A DNA stretch of 64,000 nt, from NCBI GenBank assembly GCA_001000675.1, contig LCHW01000001.1, positions 218,294 through 282,293 of the forward strand, in the 5' to 3' direction. The stretch's first letter is position 1. Each line of letters opens with the position of its first letter. Source of the DNA: Candidatus Wolfebacteria bacterium GW2011_GWE2_44_13 (GTDB lineage Bacteria; Patescibacteriota; Minisyncoccia; UBA6257; UBA9933). The notes beneath the pieces are model-generated. The model was not told where the DNA came from and searched no databases. It saw only the letters and a program-made list of their open reading frames with translations. The position numbers were made by a program, and so were the translations under genes. Shown here in pieces: positions 27,242 through 37,818 of the stretch.

Positions 27242-29617
27242 ATGAATATATTTCTCATACTCCTTTCTATTGCCATTGCACTCCTTATTGTTATCGGTGT
27301 GCTGTATTTTTTTGTGCGACGAAAGGCGAATAGAGTGCGCATGCAACAAGCGCTTGATTTACACCTATTGTTGCTTCGCTTCCCGCGCATTCAGCGTGCT
27401 GATCAGGAAAAGAAGGACTTTAAAGATGAGATTAATCTTTCTGCGCAGTTGTACAGCACACTCCTTGGATTGAAAGTTCCGTTTGCGCTTGAAACTGCAG
27501 TACATCACGTGGGAGAAGAAATTCATTTTTATGTTGGCGTACCTAAGGGTGCGCTTGATCCAGTTCGTCGACAAATAGAGGGCTTGTTTAAAGATGTGCA
27601 AGTTGAGCCGGCTGACGATTACAATATATTTAATTCTACGGGTGTGAGTGCGGGTATGTATGTAAAACAGCATTATCCATACGCACTCCCTATCCGTACG
27701 TATCAAGAAGCGAATATCGATACATTCTCATCTATTCTCAGTGGATTTTCTAAGGTAAGTGAAATAGGTGAGGGAGCTGCATTGCAAGTTATCGTGCGCC
27801 CTGTTCCTGAATCTTCGAAAAAAACAGTGTTCAAAATGATTGGACAACTGCGACAAGGTGAAAAATTTGAGGACGTGCTTCGTGCTGATAGCGCATTGGG
27901 TGATATACAAAAAGCGCTCGTGGGTAAAAAAGAAGAAACCGTGGGAACTCCCGAGCAACCACGCACGGTGAATGAGGATGCCGTAAAGGCGCTCGAATCA
28001 AAGATTTCTAAGCCACTTGTATTTGCAAACGTGCGTGTTGTTACTTCTGCTATAAATACATTACAGGCAGAAGATATGTTAAGCGGTATTACGCATGGGT
28101 TTGCACAATTTGCCGCCCCTTTCCGACAAGAATTGCGCATTGCTAAGCCAAAACAATTACAAAAGTTTCTTCGGCAGTATTCGTTCCGCGAGTTTGACCA
28201 AGACACTGCTATTTGCTTGAACACAGAAGAAGTTGCGAGCTTATTTCATATGCCTACATCGTCACTCGAAGTTCCGCGTATTAAAATGTTGGAATCACGC
28301 GAATCGCCACCTCCAGAGAATTTGCCAAACGAGGGCACGCTTATCGGGGAGAGCTCTTTCCGTGGTGATGTGAAGAAAATATTTCTTACGCCACAAGACC
28401 GCATGCGCCATGTGTATGCCATTGGTCAAACGGGTACCGGTAAGTCTACCTTGCTTGTGCAGATGGCACTCGAAGATATTAAACAAGGCAAGGGTGTTTG
28501 TATTATCGATCCACACGGAGAGCTTGTTGATAAAACGCTGAGCCTCATCCCTGAACATCGCTATGATGATGTTATTGTGTTTGACCCAGCCGACATTGCA
28601 ACGCCGATGGGATTGAATATGCTCGAATACGATTTTAATAGACCTGAACAAAAGTCCTTTATTGTTGATGAGCTCTACAATATTATGGATAAGTTGTACG
28701 ACATGAAGACGTCGGGTGGTCCGATGTTTGAGTTGTATATGAAAAACGCTATTTTGTTGCTTATGGAAGATGCACGTAATGAGCCAGCAACAATCATGGA
28801 AATTCAACGGTTATTTACCGATGACGCGTTCCGTGAACGAAAGCTTGCGCGTATTCATAATCCTGTGGTTATTGATTTCTGGGAAAAGGAAGCTGCTAAA
28901 TCGACAGGAGAACATTCATTAGCAAACATGTCTTCCTATATTACGTCTAAGTTCAACGTGTTTACGACAAATGATTTTATGCGCCCGATTATCGGACAAA
29001 CGCAATCGTCGTTTAATTTTCGACAGGCAATGGATGAGGGGAAGATTTTGTTGGTGAGCTTGTCAAAAGGAAAAATCGGCGATTTTAACATGGGATTGCT
29101 TGGTATGATTATTGTTGGAAAAATATTGATGGCTGCATTGTCGCGTACGGATATTCCTGAGCATGAACGAAGGGAGTTTAATTTGTATCTTGACGAATTC
29201 CAAAATTTTTCTACGGATGCAATTTCTACGATATTTTCTGAAGCCCGTAAATATGCACTCAGCCTTACGGTTGCGCATCAATATGTAGGGCAGATGACAG
29301 ATAAGATAAAGGCGTCGGTGTTTGGTAACGTTGGATCAAAAATTATTCTTCGCGTTGGTATGGACGATGCAGAAGTGTTTGAAAAAGATCTTATGCCTAC
29401 GTTTACGAAAAATGATTTGGTAAACTTAAAAGCAGGACAGGCATATGCGAAGCCACTTATTAATGGGCAAGTAGTGCGGCCGTTTAACATACAGCTATTT
29501 AATGTGCAGTGGGGCGACCGAGGGCTTGTAGATAAATTGCGCGAGCTTTCTCGTTTGAAATATGGAAAGGATCGGGATAGTGTCGAGGGAGATATTTTGC
29601 GAAGATTACGATTATGA
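27242..29617 (+). CDS. VirD4/TraD/HerA-like (DUF87) membrane-anchored ATPase
   Basis: RH.Y.IGQTGTGKST, IIDPHG, LYLDEFQNF, SEARKY.L.LTVAHQ, VFGNVG. Confidence 0.85.
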   Translation: MNIFLILLSIAIALLIVIGVLYFFVRRKANRVRMQQALDLHLLLLRFPRIQRADQEKKDFKDEINLSAQLYSTLLGLKVPFALETAVHHVGEEIHFYVGVPKGALDPVRRQIEGLFKDVQVEPADDYNIFNSTGVSAGMYVKQHYPYALPIRTYQEANIDTFSSILSGFSKVSEIGEGAALQVIVRPVPESSKKTVFKMIGQLRQGEKFEDVLRADSALGDIQKALVGKKEETVGTPEQPRTVNEDAVKALESKISKPLVFANVRVVTSAINTLQAEDMLSGITHGFAQFAAPFRQELRIAKPKQLQKFLRQYSFREFDQDTAICLNTEEVASLFHMPTSSLEVPRIKMLESRESPPPENLPNEGTLIGESSFRGDVKKIFLTPQDRMRHVYAIGQTGTGKSTLLVQMALEDIKQGKGVCIIDPHGELVDKTLSLIPEHRYDDVIVFDPADIATPMGLNMLEYDFNRPEQKSFIVDELYNIMDKLYDMKTSGGPMFELYMKNAILLLMEDARNEPATIMEIQRLFTDDAFRERKLARIHNPVVIDFWEKEAAKSTGEHSLANMSSYITSKFNVFTTNDFMRPIIGQTQSSFNFRQAMDEGKILLVSLSKGKIGDFNMGLLGMIIVGKILMAALSRTDIPEHERREFNLYLDEFQNFSTDAISTIFSEARKYALSLTVAHQYVGQMTDKIKASVFGNVGSKIILRVGMDDAEVFEKDLMPTFTKNDLVNLKAGQAYAKPLINGQVVRPFNIQLFNVQWGDRGLVDKLRELSRLKYGKDRDSVEGDILRRLRL

Positions 29618-29958
29618 TTGTGCCAAACATTATTGCAGACAAATATTTACGGGTAGTACTCGCTGTCAGCTTTGCACTACACAGTGTTATTACCGTACTG
29701 ATGTTAGTAAAGTTTTTGTCGCGACGCGAATCGATTGTGCTTCATTTTGATGTATATCGGGGGATCGATTTTGTGGGTGGGCGCGTTGACTTGATCGGGA
29801 TACTTTTTTCCGGATTTATTATGATTGCACTCAATTTTTTACTTGCCGATTTTCTTTATACACGCGATCGATTCTTTGCGTATGTGCTTTCTTTTGCGAG
29901 TCTGTTACTTGCAATACTGTTCGCCATTTTAATGGTGATTATTTACTCAATTAATTAA
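29614..29958 (+). CDS. hypothetical 3-TM membrane protein
   Basis: LHFDVYRGIDF loop, ATGA-coupled to ATPase. Confidence 0.65.
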   Translation: MIVPNIIADKYLRVVLAVSFALHSVITVLMLVKFLSRRESIVLHFDVYRGIDFVGGRVDLIGILFSGFIMIALNFLLADFLYTRDRFFAYVLSFASLLLAILFAILMVIIYSIN

Positions 29959-29969
29959 TGCGCAAGCGA

Positions 29970-30731
29970 TTATGCCTTTGCAATAACGAGTGCAAGGATT
30001 TGCTTTGCCCCTGCTCGTTTTAACGTACGTGCCGCTTCTGAGAGGGTTGCTCCTGAGGTTGAAACATCATCTATTAAGATGATGTTTTTATTACGAACAG
30101 CATCGGGGCGAGGAATTGCAAACGCGCCATGCATACGTGCAAAGCGTTCGGCATGCGTTTTTTCTTTTGCCTGCGGGTCGTTATTAATGCATTTAACCAG
30201 CAACTCATCGTATGGAAAATGCATGGCATGGGCAAATGCTTGTGCAATATACGCCGATTGATTAAATCCTCGTGTATGCTCCTTGCTTGTGTGTAGGGGG
30301 ATAGGGACGATGATTGGATTGGTAGTGAATATGCGAGGTTGCGGATCGAGCCCTTGCGCATACGTAATAAGAAGAAGCGAAAGCGTTTTTGTGAGGGCGT
30401 GTACTTTTTCGTATTTGCATTGATGAATACAACTACGGACAATGGGGTCGCTGTACTGTGCTGCTGCGCCAAGGAGATAGGGGAATTGAGCAGACAATTT
30501 TTCACTATGATTACAGGTGCGCTTGTTGTTTGCGATGCGCGCGGTACAAATAGGGCATATGAGCGCACTATTTTTAATAATCGCCTGATAACATGGTTTA
30601 CAAATTGGTTCGACTCCGGAATCGAGATATACTTCGCACTGTGCGCAGAGCGGAGGGAAAAGAATGTCGAGTGCGATGCGCGACATGCGTGTACTGAGCG
30701 AAAAGAGATGGTTTAATTTTCCATTTTTCAT
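29970..30731 (-). CDS. comF: ComF family competence protein (zinc finger + PRTase)
   Basis: LFPP.C..C, PIPLH....RGFNQS, LIDDV.TSGATL. Confidence 0.9.
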   Translation of the reverse strand: MKNGKLNHLFSLSTRMSRIALDILFPPLCAQCEVYLDSGVEPICKPCYQAIIKNSALICPICTARIANNKRTCNHSEKLSAQFPYLLGAAAQYSDPIVRSCIHQCKYEKVHALTKTLSLLLITYAQGLDPQPRIFTTNPIIVPIPLHTSKEHTRGFNQSAYIAQAFAHAMHFPYDELLVKCINNDPQAKEKTHAERFARMHGAFAIPRPDAVRNKNIILIDDVSTSGATLSEAARTLKRAGAKQILALVIAKA

Positions 30732-30789
30732 GATTCTATAGTATAGTATATGATATAGCGTTTTAGAACGCATTTATTTTATTGTCATT

Positions 30790-31869
30790 ATGTTCGGAAT
30801 GAAATTATTCGGCTCATCTTCATATCTTGGTGTCGATATCGGCACGACATCTATTAAAATTGTTGAGATAGGGAAGGGGAGTTCCGGCCCGGAATTACAA
30901 AATTACGGTATTTTAGAGAGCTATGGGCACTTGGAGCGCGTGAATAACGCTATTCAAACGAGCTCGCTTAAAATTATGGAAGCGGATACAATCCAGCTTC
31001 TTAAGACACTTATTGCACGTTCGAATTTTAAATCAAAAGAAGTCATCGCTTCCATTCCCTCTTTTGCTGTTTTCATTACGTTATTTGAGATACCGCAAAT
31101 GAAAGATGCTGACATTGCTAAAGCAATGCAGTTTCAAATTGGGCAATATATTCCACTTCCTATTACCGAGGTTTCTATCGATTGGCTTAAAGTGGGTGAA
31201 CGTCAAGATGAGCAGGGCTTTGTGAAAGAGCAAATATTACTCGTTTCTATTCCAAATGAAACTGTTGATAAGTATCGACGTATTTTTTCTGCGGCTGGAT
31301 TGAATTTGCGAGCCATTGAAATAGAAAGCTTGTCGTTGTTGCGCGCTATTTCGGATGCATCAATGCCTCCAACGCTGATTGTGGATATTGGTTCGCGTTC
31401 AACAAACATTGCCGTCGTTGATAAGGGTAACTTGCGCTATAACTATCAGACTGATATGTCGAGTGCAGGTATTACGCAGGCGTTGGCAGGAGGGCTTGGG
31501 GTAAAAATTCGGCGTGCGGAAAAATTAAAACGAGAGCGCGGAATTCTTGGTGGCTCTGAATCGGAGCTATCCACATTGATGATACCGTTTGTTGATGCTA
31601 TACTTAATGAAGTAAAGCGTGCAAAAATAAAGTATGAACAAAGTTTCGGCAACGTCATTACGCAAGTTATTCTTGTGGGTGGTGGCGCGAAGATGCCGGG
31701 GATTGTTCCGTATGCGCAGGAGCAGCTTGGACTTCCGGTTATGATTAGTAATCCGTTTCTTAAAATACATTATCCTCCGTCAATTGAGCCTATTGTTCGG
31801 GATCTTGGCCCAACATTTGCTACTGCTATCGGTCTTGGAATTAAAGAATTTACGGACGGCTCTCTTTAA
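30790..31869 (+). CDS. pilM: type IV pilus assembly protein PilM
   Basis: GVDIGTTSIKIVE, VDIGSRST, LVGGGA actin-like motifs. Confidence 0.9.
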   Translation: MFGMKLFGSSSYLGVDIGTTSIKIVEIGKGSSGPELQNYGILESYGHLERVNNAIQTSSLKIMEADTIQLLKTLIARSNFKSKEVIASIPSFAVFITLFEIPQMKDADIAKAMQFQIGQYIPLPITEVSIDWLKVGERQDEQGFVKEQILLVSIPNETVDKYRRIFSAAGLNLRAIEIESLSLLRAISDASMPPTLIVDIGSRSTNIAVVDKGNLRYNYQTDMSSAGITQALAGGLGVKIRRAEKLKRERGILGGSESELSTLMIPFVDAILNEVKRAKIKYEQSFGNVITQVILVGGGAKMPGIVPYAQEQLGLPVMISNPFLKIHYPPSIEPIVRDLGPTFATAIGLGIKEFTDGSL

Positions 31870-31946
31870 ACGGAGTTGTAAGATCGTATCGCACAAAATA
31901 ATTTCGCCTACCATTTGTATTACATAGCTCTTATCTCTTAATTATT

Positions 31947-32495
31947 ATGCCTTATACACAATCAGCCCTACAAACTGAATTATCACGACAGCGCGAAGCT
32001 GCTGCCGGATGGCCTTGGCGATTAATGACCCTATCGGTTATCGTACTTCTTGCGGTGGTTGCCGTATATCTGGGTATGCGTTTTGGGTTTGAAGAGGCGT
32101 ATTTAAAAGGGGCTCTAGCCGATGAAGAAGCTACGTATGCAGCGACGTTTAAATCGGTAAGTCCTGAAGATCAAAAAAGGGTTTTCGATTTCTATTCTCA
32201 ACTCAGTAATATTGATACGCTGTTGAAAAAGCAGGGGAAGGTTACTCCGTACGCTGTAATTATTGAGCAAAATACGCTTAACGCAATTACATTCTCGAAT
32301 CTAGATATTAAAACAAGCGATACTGCTATTGTCGCGGTTATTGTCGGCAGAACGGCAACATACTCATCGATTGTGCAACAGTTAGGGTTGTTTAAAGCTG
32401 CTCCTGATGTTTCTGATGTAAAGCTGCTTGGTGCTCGGTTTGTTAATCCGACCGATGGCATTAATTTTTCTATCCAGATAACCTTTGATCGATAA
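31947..32495 (+). CDS. PilN-like protein
   Basis: single TM + periplasmic ferredoxin-like part, position after pilM. Confidence 0.6.
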   Translation: MPYTQSALQTELSRQREAAAGWPWRLMTLSVIVLLAVVAVYLGMRFGFEEAYLKGALADEEATYAATFKSVSPEDQKRVFDFYSQLSNIDTLLKKQGKVTPYAVIIEQNTLNAITFSNLDIKTSDTAIVAVIVGRTATYSSIVQQLGLFKAAPDVSDVKLLGARFVNPTDGINFSIQITFDR

Positions 32496-32501
32496 TCCCT
32501 T

Positions 32502-33086
32502 ATGAAATATCTCTCAAAACGATTTGCTAGCATCCTCCTTTCATTTGCTTTTTTTGCGGCGTCACTTGTTGTGTATGCCAATTTAATTCAGCCGACCTAC
32601 GATAACATTAAGGTGGAGCAGGGGAAGCTTATTGCTGCGCAGCAAAAAAATAGCGAATATACGAATGTTTTCACACGCTTAAAACAAGTTTCTACTAATT
32701 TCCAACAATCACCGGAATTACAAAATAGGGTCTCGATGGCATTTCCACTTGATGCGAACGTTTCAGATTCAATGAATCAAATTTCCGCAGTTGCTTTAGC
32801 GAATGGACTCACTATTGCATCAATTGATATTACGAGTGCTCCTGTTATTCCGACTGTTACTAAAAAAGCTGGCGACATTTCCTTTATAAAAGGAACAGGC
32901 GTTCTTAAGAATGCTATTGTTGTAGCAGGAACATACGAAGAAATAAAAGCATTTTTGCAAGGCGTTGAAACGGGTGTGCGTATCGCAAATATTAAGCTTG
33001 TGCGACTCACTCGATCTGCAAATCCGGCTACGCCGGAAATAATTAACGCAAGCGTCGAAATAGAAACCTATTATCAGGCTAAATAA
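32502..33086 (+). CDS. PilO-like protein
   Basis: TM, coiled coil, GTYEEIKAFL..VE...RI motif. Confidence 0.75.
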   Translation: MKYLSKRFASILLSFAFFAASLVVYANLIQPTYDNIKVEQGKLIAAQQKNSEYTNVFTRLKQVSTNFQQSPELQNRVSMAFPLDANVSDSMNQISAVALANGLTIASIDITSAPVIPTVTKKAGDISFIKGTGVLKNAIVVAGTYEEIKAFLQGVETGVRIANIKLVRLTRSANPATPEIINASVEIETYYQAK

Positions 33087-33095
33087 CTATTACTT

Positions 33096-33389
33096 ATGGC
33101 AATTGTACTTGAAGGAGAAAAAAAGAATATTGATTGGAGTTTTGCGCTCGGGACAGTGGTTGTAGTTGGTATCGTTGGAGCCTCTATAATCTATTTGTTT
33201 TTTGTGAGCCCAGAAACAGTGCAACAACTCACGACTCCTGAGCAACGCACGTTGAGCGAGTTTTCAAAAACTTCTTTTAAGCCTGAAGAAATTTTAAATA
33301 GTGCTGCGTTTCAGGAACTGCGAACTGTGGCGCCGCTTACGAGCCCGACGGAAGAGGAGGTGGGGAAAATAAACCCTTTCCTTCCTTAA
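33096..33389 (+). CDS. small pilus-associated membrane protein (PilP position)
   Basis: TM plus C-terminal GK.NPF motif. Confidence 0.55.
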   Translation: MAIVLEGEKKNIDWSFALGTVVVVGIVGASIIYLFFVSPETVQQLTTPEQRTLSEFSKTSFKPEEILNSAAFQELRTVAPLTSPTEEEVGKINPFLP

Positions 33390-33512
33390 AATTTTCTACG
33401 GCTGGTGCACTCCTTCGTTGTGGGCCCCCATTACCTCGGTCGAAGCACTATCGTGCATCTTCCTCGCTAATGCTCCCACGTCTTGTATTGCACTCAAGCG
33501 TAAAAAATTTCT
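33387..33512. repeat. ~126-bp ERIC-like palindromic element
   Basis: TIR aaattttctacg/cgtaaaaaattt; core shared with 27123-27202. Confidence 0.8.
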
Positions 33513-33536
33513 CAACTTTATTTTCGAACGAACTTT

Positions 33537-35276
33537 ATGGACAACAAAACACTCATTGACGCATTAATTCAAGATGGGCTCCTCGGAGAAATCGAAGGGC
33601 GTAAGGTGCTGCAAGAAGCGGCGCTTGCGCGTCGGCAAGTAGATGAGTTGATTTACGAACAGCGTTTAGTTGATGAAGAACAGCTTGCCATGGAAAAGGG
33701 CAAGCTTTTGAATGTGCCCTATCGAAAAATAGATCCACAAGAAATTCTCGATGATACGCTTAAACTGTTCCCAGAAGAAACAGTGCGTAACTATAAAGTT
33801 ATTCCGATCAGTATTAAGGATGACATGTTAGTGGTGGGGATGATTAACCCAGATGATGCACAGGCCCAGGAGGCGCTTAAATTTATTGCAAAGCAGCGTC
33901 GATTAAATTTGGGAGCATATATTATTACTCAAGCATTGTGGGAGCTTGTTTTACGTCGTTATTCTCCGTATCGAAGTCTTATTGACGAAGCGGTGAAGGC
34001 GAGCACATCACTTGCATCGAAAAATACTGGACCAACACAAGTTGTGCGGCTCGAAGAAAATAAGGGAGCAAGTGCTGACGAAACGCCTATTATCCGTATT
34101 GTATCGACCACACTTAAAGAGGCAGTTTGGGAAAAGGCTTCGGATATCCACATAGAACCACAACGCAATCGTGGGCGTATTCGCTTTCGTATTGACGGTG
34201 AGTTGCGGGAAGTTTCTTCGTTTCCGCTTGTTCTGCACGCATCGATTGTTTCTCGTATTAAAATTCTTGCGAACTTAAAGATAGACGAAACGCGTATTCC
34301 GCAAGACGGACGTTTTCGAACCGTGCTCTTTGGGCGCGATATCGATTATCGTGTTGCTACGTTTCCAACTCCTGTAGGGGAGAAGGTTGTTATCCGTGTG
34401 CTTGACCCATCGACTGGTTTGAAAGGCCTTGAAGATCTTGGATTACGCGGTAAAAATTTACAAACCGTAAAAACAGGGATTGAAAAACCATACGGCGTTA
34501 TTTTGATTACTGGTCCTACGGGATCTGGAAAAAGTACGACACTGTATGCATTGATGCAATTGCTAAATAAAGAAGACATTAACATTGTTAGTCTTGAAGA
34601 TCCAGTTGAATATTACATGGATGGATTAAACCAATCGCAGGTAAAGCCTGAAATCGGATATGACTTCGCCTCTGGTTTGCGACAAATTCTTCGACAAGAT
34701 CCAGATGTTATCATGGTAGGAGAAATCCGCGATGAAGAAACTGCGGGGCTTACTATCCAGGCTGCGTTAACCGGACATATTGTGCTTTCCACATTACACA
34801 CGAACAATTCGGTTGGCGTTATTCCGCGTCTTATGGATATGAAGGTACAGCCGTTTCTTATTCCTGCAGCACTTAACATTATGCTTGCACAGCGATTAAT
34901 AACGCGTTTGTGCCAACAATGCCGTGTGAGTGACGTTGCGTCGCCACAAGTTACAGAAGTTATTAGCCGTGAACTCGCACAGCTATCTCCAGAAATTCGC
35001 AGTGCGTATCCTGCTCAAGGACCCTATTCAGTATTCCATTCTCCAGGATGTGAAGCGTGTAAGGGGAAAGGAGTTTCAGGGCGCCTCGCAGTATTTGAGG
35101 TTATGATCATGACTCCTGAATTGGAAAAGGTTATCAATGAAGGCGCAACCGAAGCCTCGATTCTTGCGGAAGCTCGCCGACAAGGTATGGTTACGATGCA
35201 CCAAGACGGTATTCTTAAGGCGCTTGAAGGTTTGGTTTCAATTGAAGAAGTTTTGCGAGAGACCGTTGAAATGTGA
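33537..35276 (+). CDS. pilB: type IV pilus assembly ATPase (PilB/GspE)
   Basis: ASDIHIEP, GPTGSGKSTT, LRQDPDVIMVGEIRD, STLHTN, tetracysteine motif. Confidence 0.95.
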   Translation: MDNKTLIDALIQDGLLGEIEGRKVLQEAALARRQVDELIYEQRLVDEEQLAMEKGKLLNVPYRKIDPQEILDDTLKLFPEETVRNYKVIPISIKDDMLVVGMINPDDAQAQEALKFIAKQRRLNLGAYIITQALWELVLRRYSPYRSLIDEAVKASTSLASKNTGPTQVVRLEENKGASADETPIIRIVSTTLKEAVWEKASDIHIEPQRNRGRIRFRIDGELREVSSFPLVLHASIVSRIKILANLKIDETRIPQDGRFRTVLFGRDIDYRVATFPTPVGEKVVIRVLDPSTGLKGLEDLGLRGKNLQTVKTGIEKPYGVILITGPTGSGKSTTLYALMQLLNKEDINIVSLEDPVEYYMDGLNQSQVKPEIGYDFASGLRQILRQDPDVIMVGEIRDEETAGLTIQAALTGHIVLSTLHTNNSVGVIPRLMDMKVQPFLIPAALNIMLAQRLITRLCQQCRVSDVASPQVTEVISRELAQLSPEIRSAYPAQGPYSVFHSPGCEACKGKGVSGRLAVFEVMIMTPELEKVINEGATEASILAEARRQGMVTMHQDGILKALEGLVSIEEVLRETVEM

Positions 35277-35362
35277 TAGAATGCATGTAATAGATTCCGT
35301 GTGGCACGATACAATATTTCGTTTAGGCCCATGCGACAATACACAATACATATATTATTTTT

Positions 35363-36436
35363 ATGGATTACAAACAACAGCTAAACGATTTACTTCTCGC
35401 TACCGCAAAACAAAATGCTTCCGATCTTCATATTGGTGTTGGTAAATATCCAATGCTTCGTATTGATGGATTGTTGATTCCGCTCCAAAAAGATGGAGTG
35501 GTTACTCCTGAAGCTGCAACTGGCTTAATTACTGAATTGCTAACGCCACAGCAACTTGAAGTTGTTGATAAAAATCGAGAAATAGATTTTTCGTATACCT
35601 ACGAAGATAAGGCGCGATTTCGTGTAAACGTTTTTTACCAACGGGGTTTTATGGCTGCTGCGTTGCGCTTGATTCCTGCGGATGCGCGAACTATTGAAGA
35701 TCTTGGCTTGCCACCTATTTTGCATGATTTCACGAAACTGTCACAAGGGTTTGTGTTAGTGGTAGGACCTGCAGGACATGGAAAATCTACGACACTCGCT
35801 GCGCTTATTGATGAAATCAACCATGCGCGCACGGAGCATATTATTACTATCGAAGATCCTGTTGAGTATATGTTTGTGCAGGATAAATCAATTGTTTCTC
35901 AACGTGAAGTTTTGAGTGACACGCCCGATTTTCATACCGCGCTGAAGTCGCTACTTCGACAAGATCCTGACGTTGTTATGATTGGAGAAATGCGCGATAA
36001 AGAATCTATTGCCATTGCTATGACTGCGGCAGAAACAGGACATCTTGTATTTTCTACATTACACACAAACTCCGCAGCACAAACCATCGACCGTATCATT
36101 GATAGTTTCCCGCCTGATCAACAGAGCCAAGTTGCTTCACAGTTAGCCGCTACGTTAGTAGGTATTGTTTCGCAGCGATTAGTTCCACGTGTTGATGGAG
36201 GACGCGTTCCTGCGTGTGAAATCATGATTGTGAACTCAGCTATCCGGAACCTTATTCGCGAGCGAAAGGCGTATCAGATCGACCTTGTCATCGAAACCTC
36301 TATGCAGGAAGGTATGACAACCTTAAACAGGGCGCTTTCTACATTGGTGCGTAGTAGGCAGATAGCACTGGAAGAAGCCGAACTATACTCATTGAATGCA
36401 AGTGAGTTGCGCATACTTATCGAGCGTGTAACGTGA
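35363..36436 (+). CDS. pilT: type IV pilus retraction ATPase
   Basis: ASDLH, GPAGHGKSTT, AAETGHLVFSTLHTNSA, AIRNLIRE. Confidence 0.95.
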   Translation: MDYKQQLNDLLLATAKQNASDLHIGVGKYPMLRIDGLLIPLQKDGVVTPEAATGLITELLTPQQLEVVDKNREIDFSYTYEDKARFRVNVFYQRGFMAAALRLIPADARTIEDLGLPPILHDFTKLSQGFVLVVGPAGHGKSTTLAALIDEINHARTEHIITIEDPVEYMFVQDKSIVSQREVLSDTPDFHTALKSLLRQDPDVVMIGEMRDKESIAIAMTAAETGHLVFSTLHTNSAAQTIDRIIDSFPPDQQSQVASQLAATLVGIVSQRLVPRVDGGRVPACEIMIVNSAIRNLIRERKAYQIDLVIETSMQEGMTTLNRALSTLVRSRQIALEEAELYSLNASELRILIERVT

Positions 36437-36557
36437 GAAAGCTCGTAAGCTCGTAAGAAAAGAAGCTTGTAAGCAAATACAGACAGAGGTGGCGCGCCGC
36501 GTACTTCACTCACTGCATGCGTTTTACAGGAGGGAATTTAGTTGGAAAATCATACTC

Positions 36558-37769
36558 ATGAAATTTAAATACCAAGCAAGAAATAAAGACGGGGAACTGC
36601 AGGTTGGGTTCGTCGAGTCATATTCGCAAAACGGTGCGGCGGATGTTTTGGTATCACATGGCCTATATGTATTGAGTCTCGAAAATGAATCAAAGGATAA
36701 TTTCTTTGATAAGTTTTTGGCCATGTTTAAGCATGTTTCGTTGACCGATCTCATGATCTTTACGCGACAATTTGCAACGCTTATGGAGGCAAAGGTTTCC
36801 CTTGGAGACTCTATGAAAAATCTCCAAAAGCAAACGCGTAGTGCGATGATGAAAGAGGTAATTTATGAAATCGGTACGGATGTTGATAGCGGCTTGTCGT
36901 TATCGCAGGCACTTGAGCGACAAAAAGACGTTTTTTCTGAATTCTATGTCAGCATGATTCGATCCGCGGAAATAACAGGCCGGCTCGAAGAGGCTATTAT
37001 TTATCTTGCCGAATATATTGAAAAGCAGAAGCTGTGGCGTTCCCGCATTATCAACGCATTGATTTATCCGGCAATTCTTGTGGCCATGTTTCTTGGTATT
37101 GTGGTACTTATGGTCACAATGATCTTGCCGAATATTAAGCCAATCTTAATAGAAGCGGGTGATCTTCCTTGGTACACCGATGTGGTGCTTAACGGAGGTG
37201 ATTTTATTATTGCGTGGTGGTGGATTGCTATTATTGTTATCATTCCTGCAGTCATGTTTTTTCTTGAATATATCCGCAGTGATGAGGGAAAGGTTGTTGT
37301 TGATGAGGTGTTGTTGCGAACGCCGGTGTTTGGGTCGCTTTTTTCAAAAATGTATATCGCACGCTTTGCGGAGTCGCTCGGCATTCTTGTGAAGGGCGGT
37401 ATTCCTATTGCGCAAGCACTCGAAATTACGTCGCGTTCAATTGGGAGTAGCGTGTTTCAAGATATTCTCCATGATGTAAGTGATCGAGTTCGAGGAGGAG
37501 AGCTGCTTTCTGCTGCTCTTGAACGCTATGAGTACTATTTCCCTTCGCTGGTGAGTCAGATGATTGCTATTGGTGAAACAACAGGGCGACTTGAAGAATT
37601 GTTAGGACGTATTGCTATTTTCTATACCCGTGACGTTGATGATATGATGAGTCGGCTTGGTGAGTTGGTGCAGCCACTTATCATCGCAATCATTGGTGTG
37701 TTTGTTGGGTTCTTGTTTGCTTCTATCCTTGTTCCGATATATAATTTAGTTAAGTCGTTTGGCGGATAG
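36558..37769 (+). CDS. pilC: type IV pilus platform protein (PilC/GspF)
   Basis: FTRQFAT, ALIYP, MIAIGETTG.L, duplicated GspF domains. Confidence 0.9.
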   Translation: MKFKYQARNKDGELQVGFVESYSQNGAADVLVSHGLYVLSLENESKDNFFDKFLAMFKHVSLTDLMIFTRQFATLMEAKVSLGDSMKNLQKQTRSAMMKEVIYEIGTDVDSGLSLSQALERQKDVFSEFYVSMIRSAEITGRLEEAIIYLAEYIEKQKLWRSRIINALIYPAILVAMFLGIVVLMVTMILPNIKPILIEAGDLPWYTDVVLNGGDFIIAWWWIAIIVIIPAVMFFLEYIRSDEGKVVVDEVLLRTPVFGSLFSKMYIARFAESLGILVKGGIPIAQALEITSRSIGSSVFQDILHDVSDRVRGGELLSAALERYEYYFPSLVSQMIAIGETTGRLEELLGRIAIFYTRDVDDMMSRLGELVQPLIIAIIGVFVGFLFASILVPIYNLVKSFGG

Positions 37770-37818
37770 TCCAAATGTATTTAATAGATATATTTAAAAT
37801 TAAAAAAAATAATCGTTT

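Noticed and set aside
27242-29617. Integrative conjugative element around the VirD4-like ATPase
   Set aside because: No relaxase, integrase, VirB-like genes or att repeats, and the flanks are housekeeping/competence genes.
36439-36473. Short aagctcgt tandem repeats between pilT and pilC
   Set aside because: Only two to three degenerate 8-mers, with no supporting structure or associated gene.
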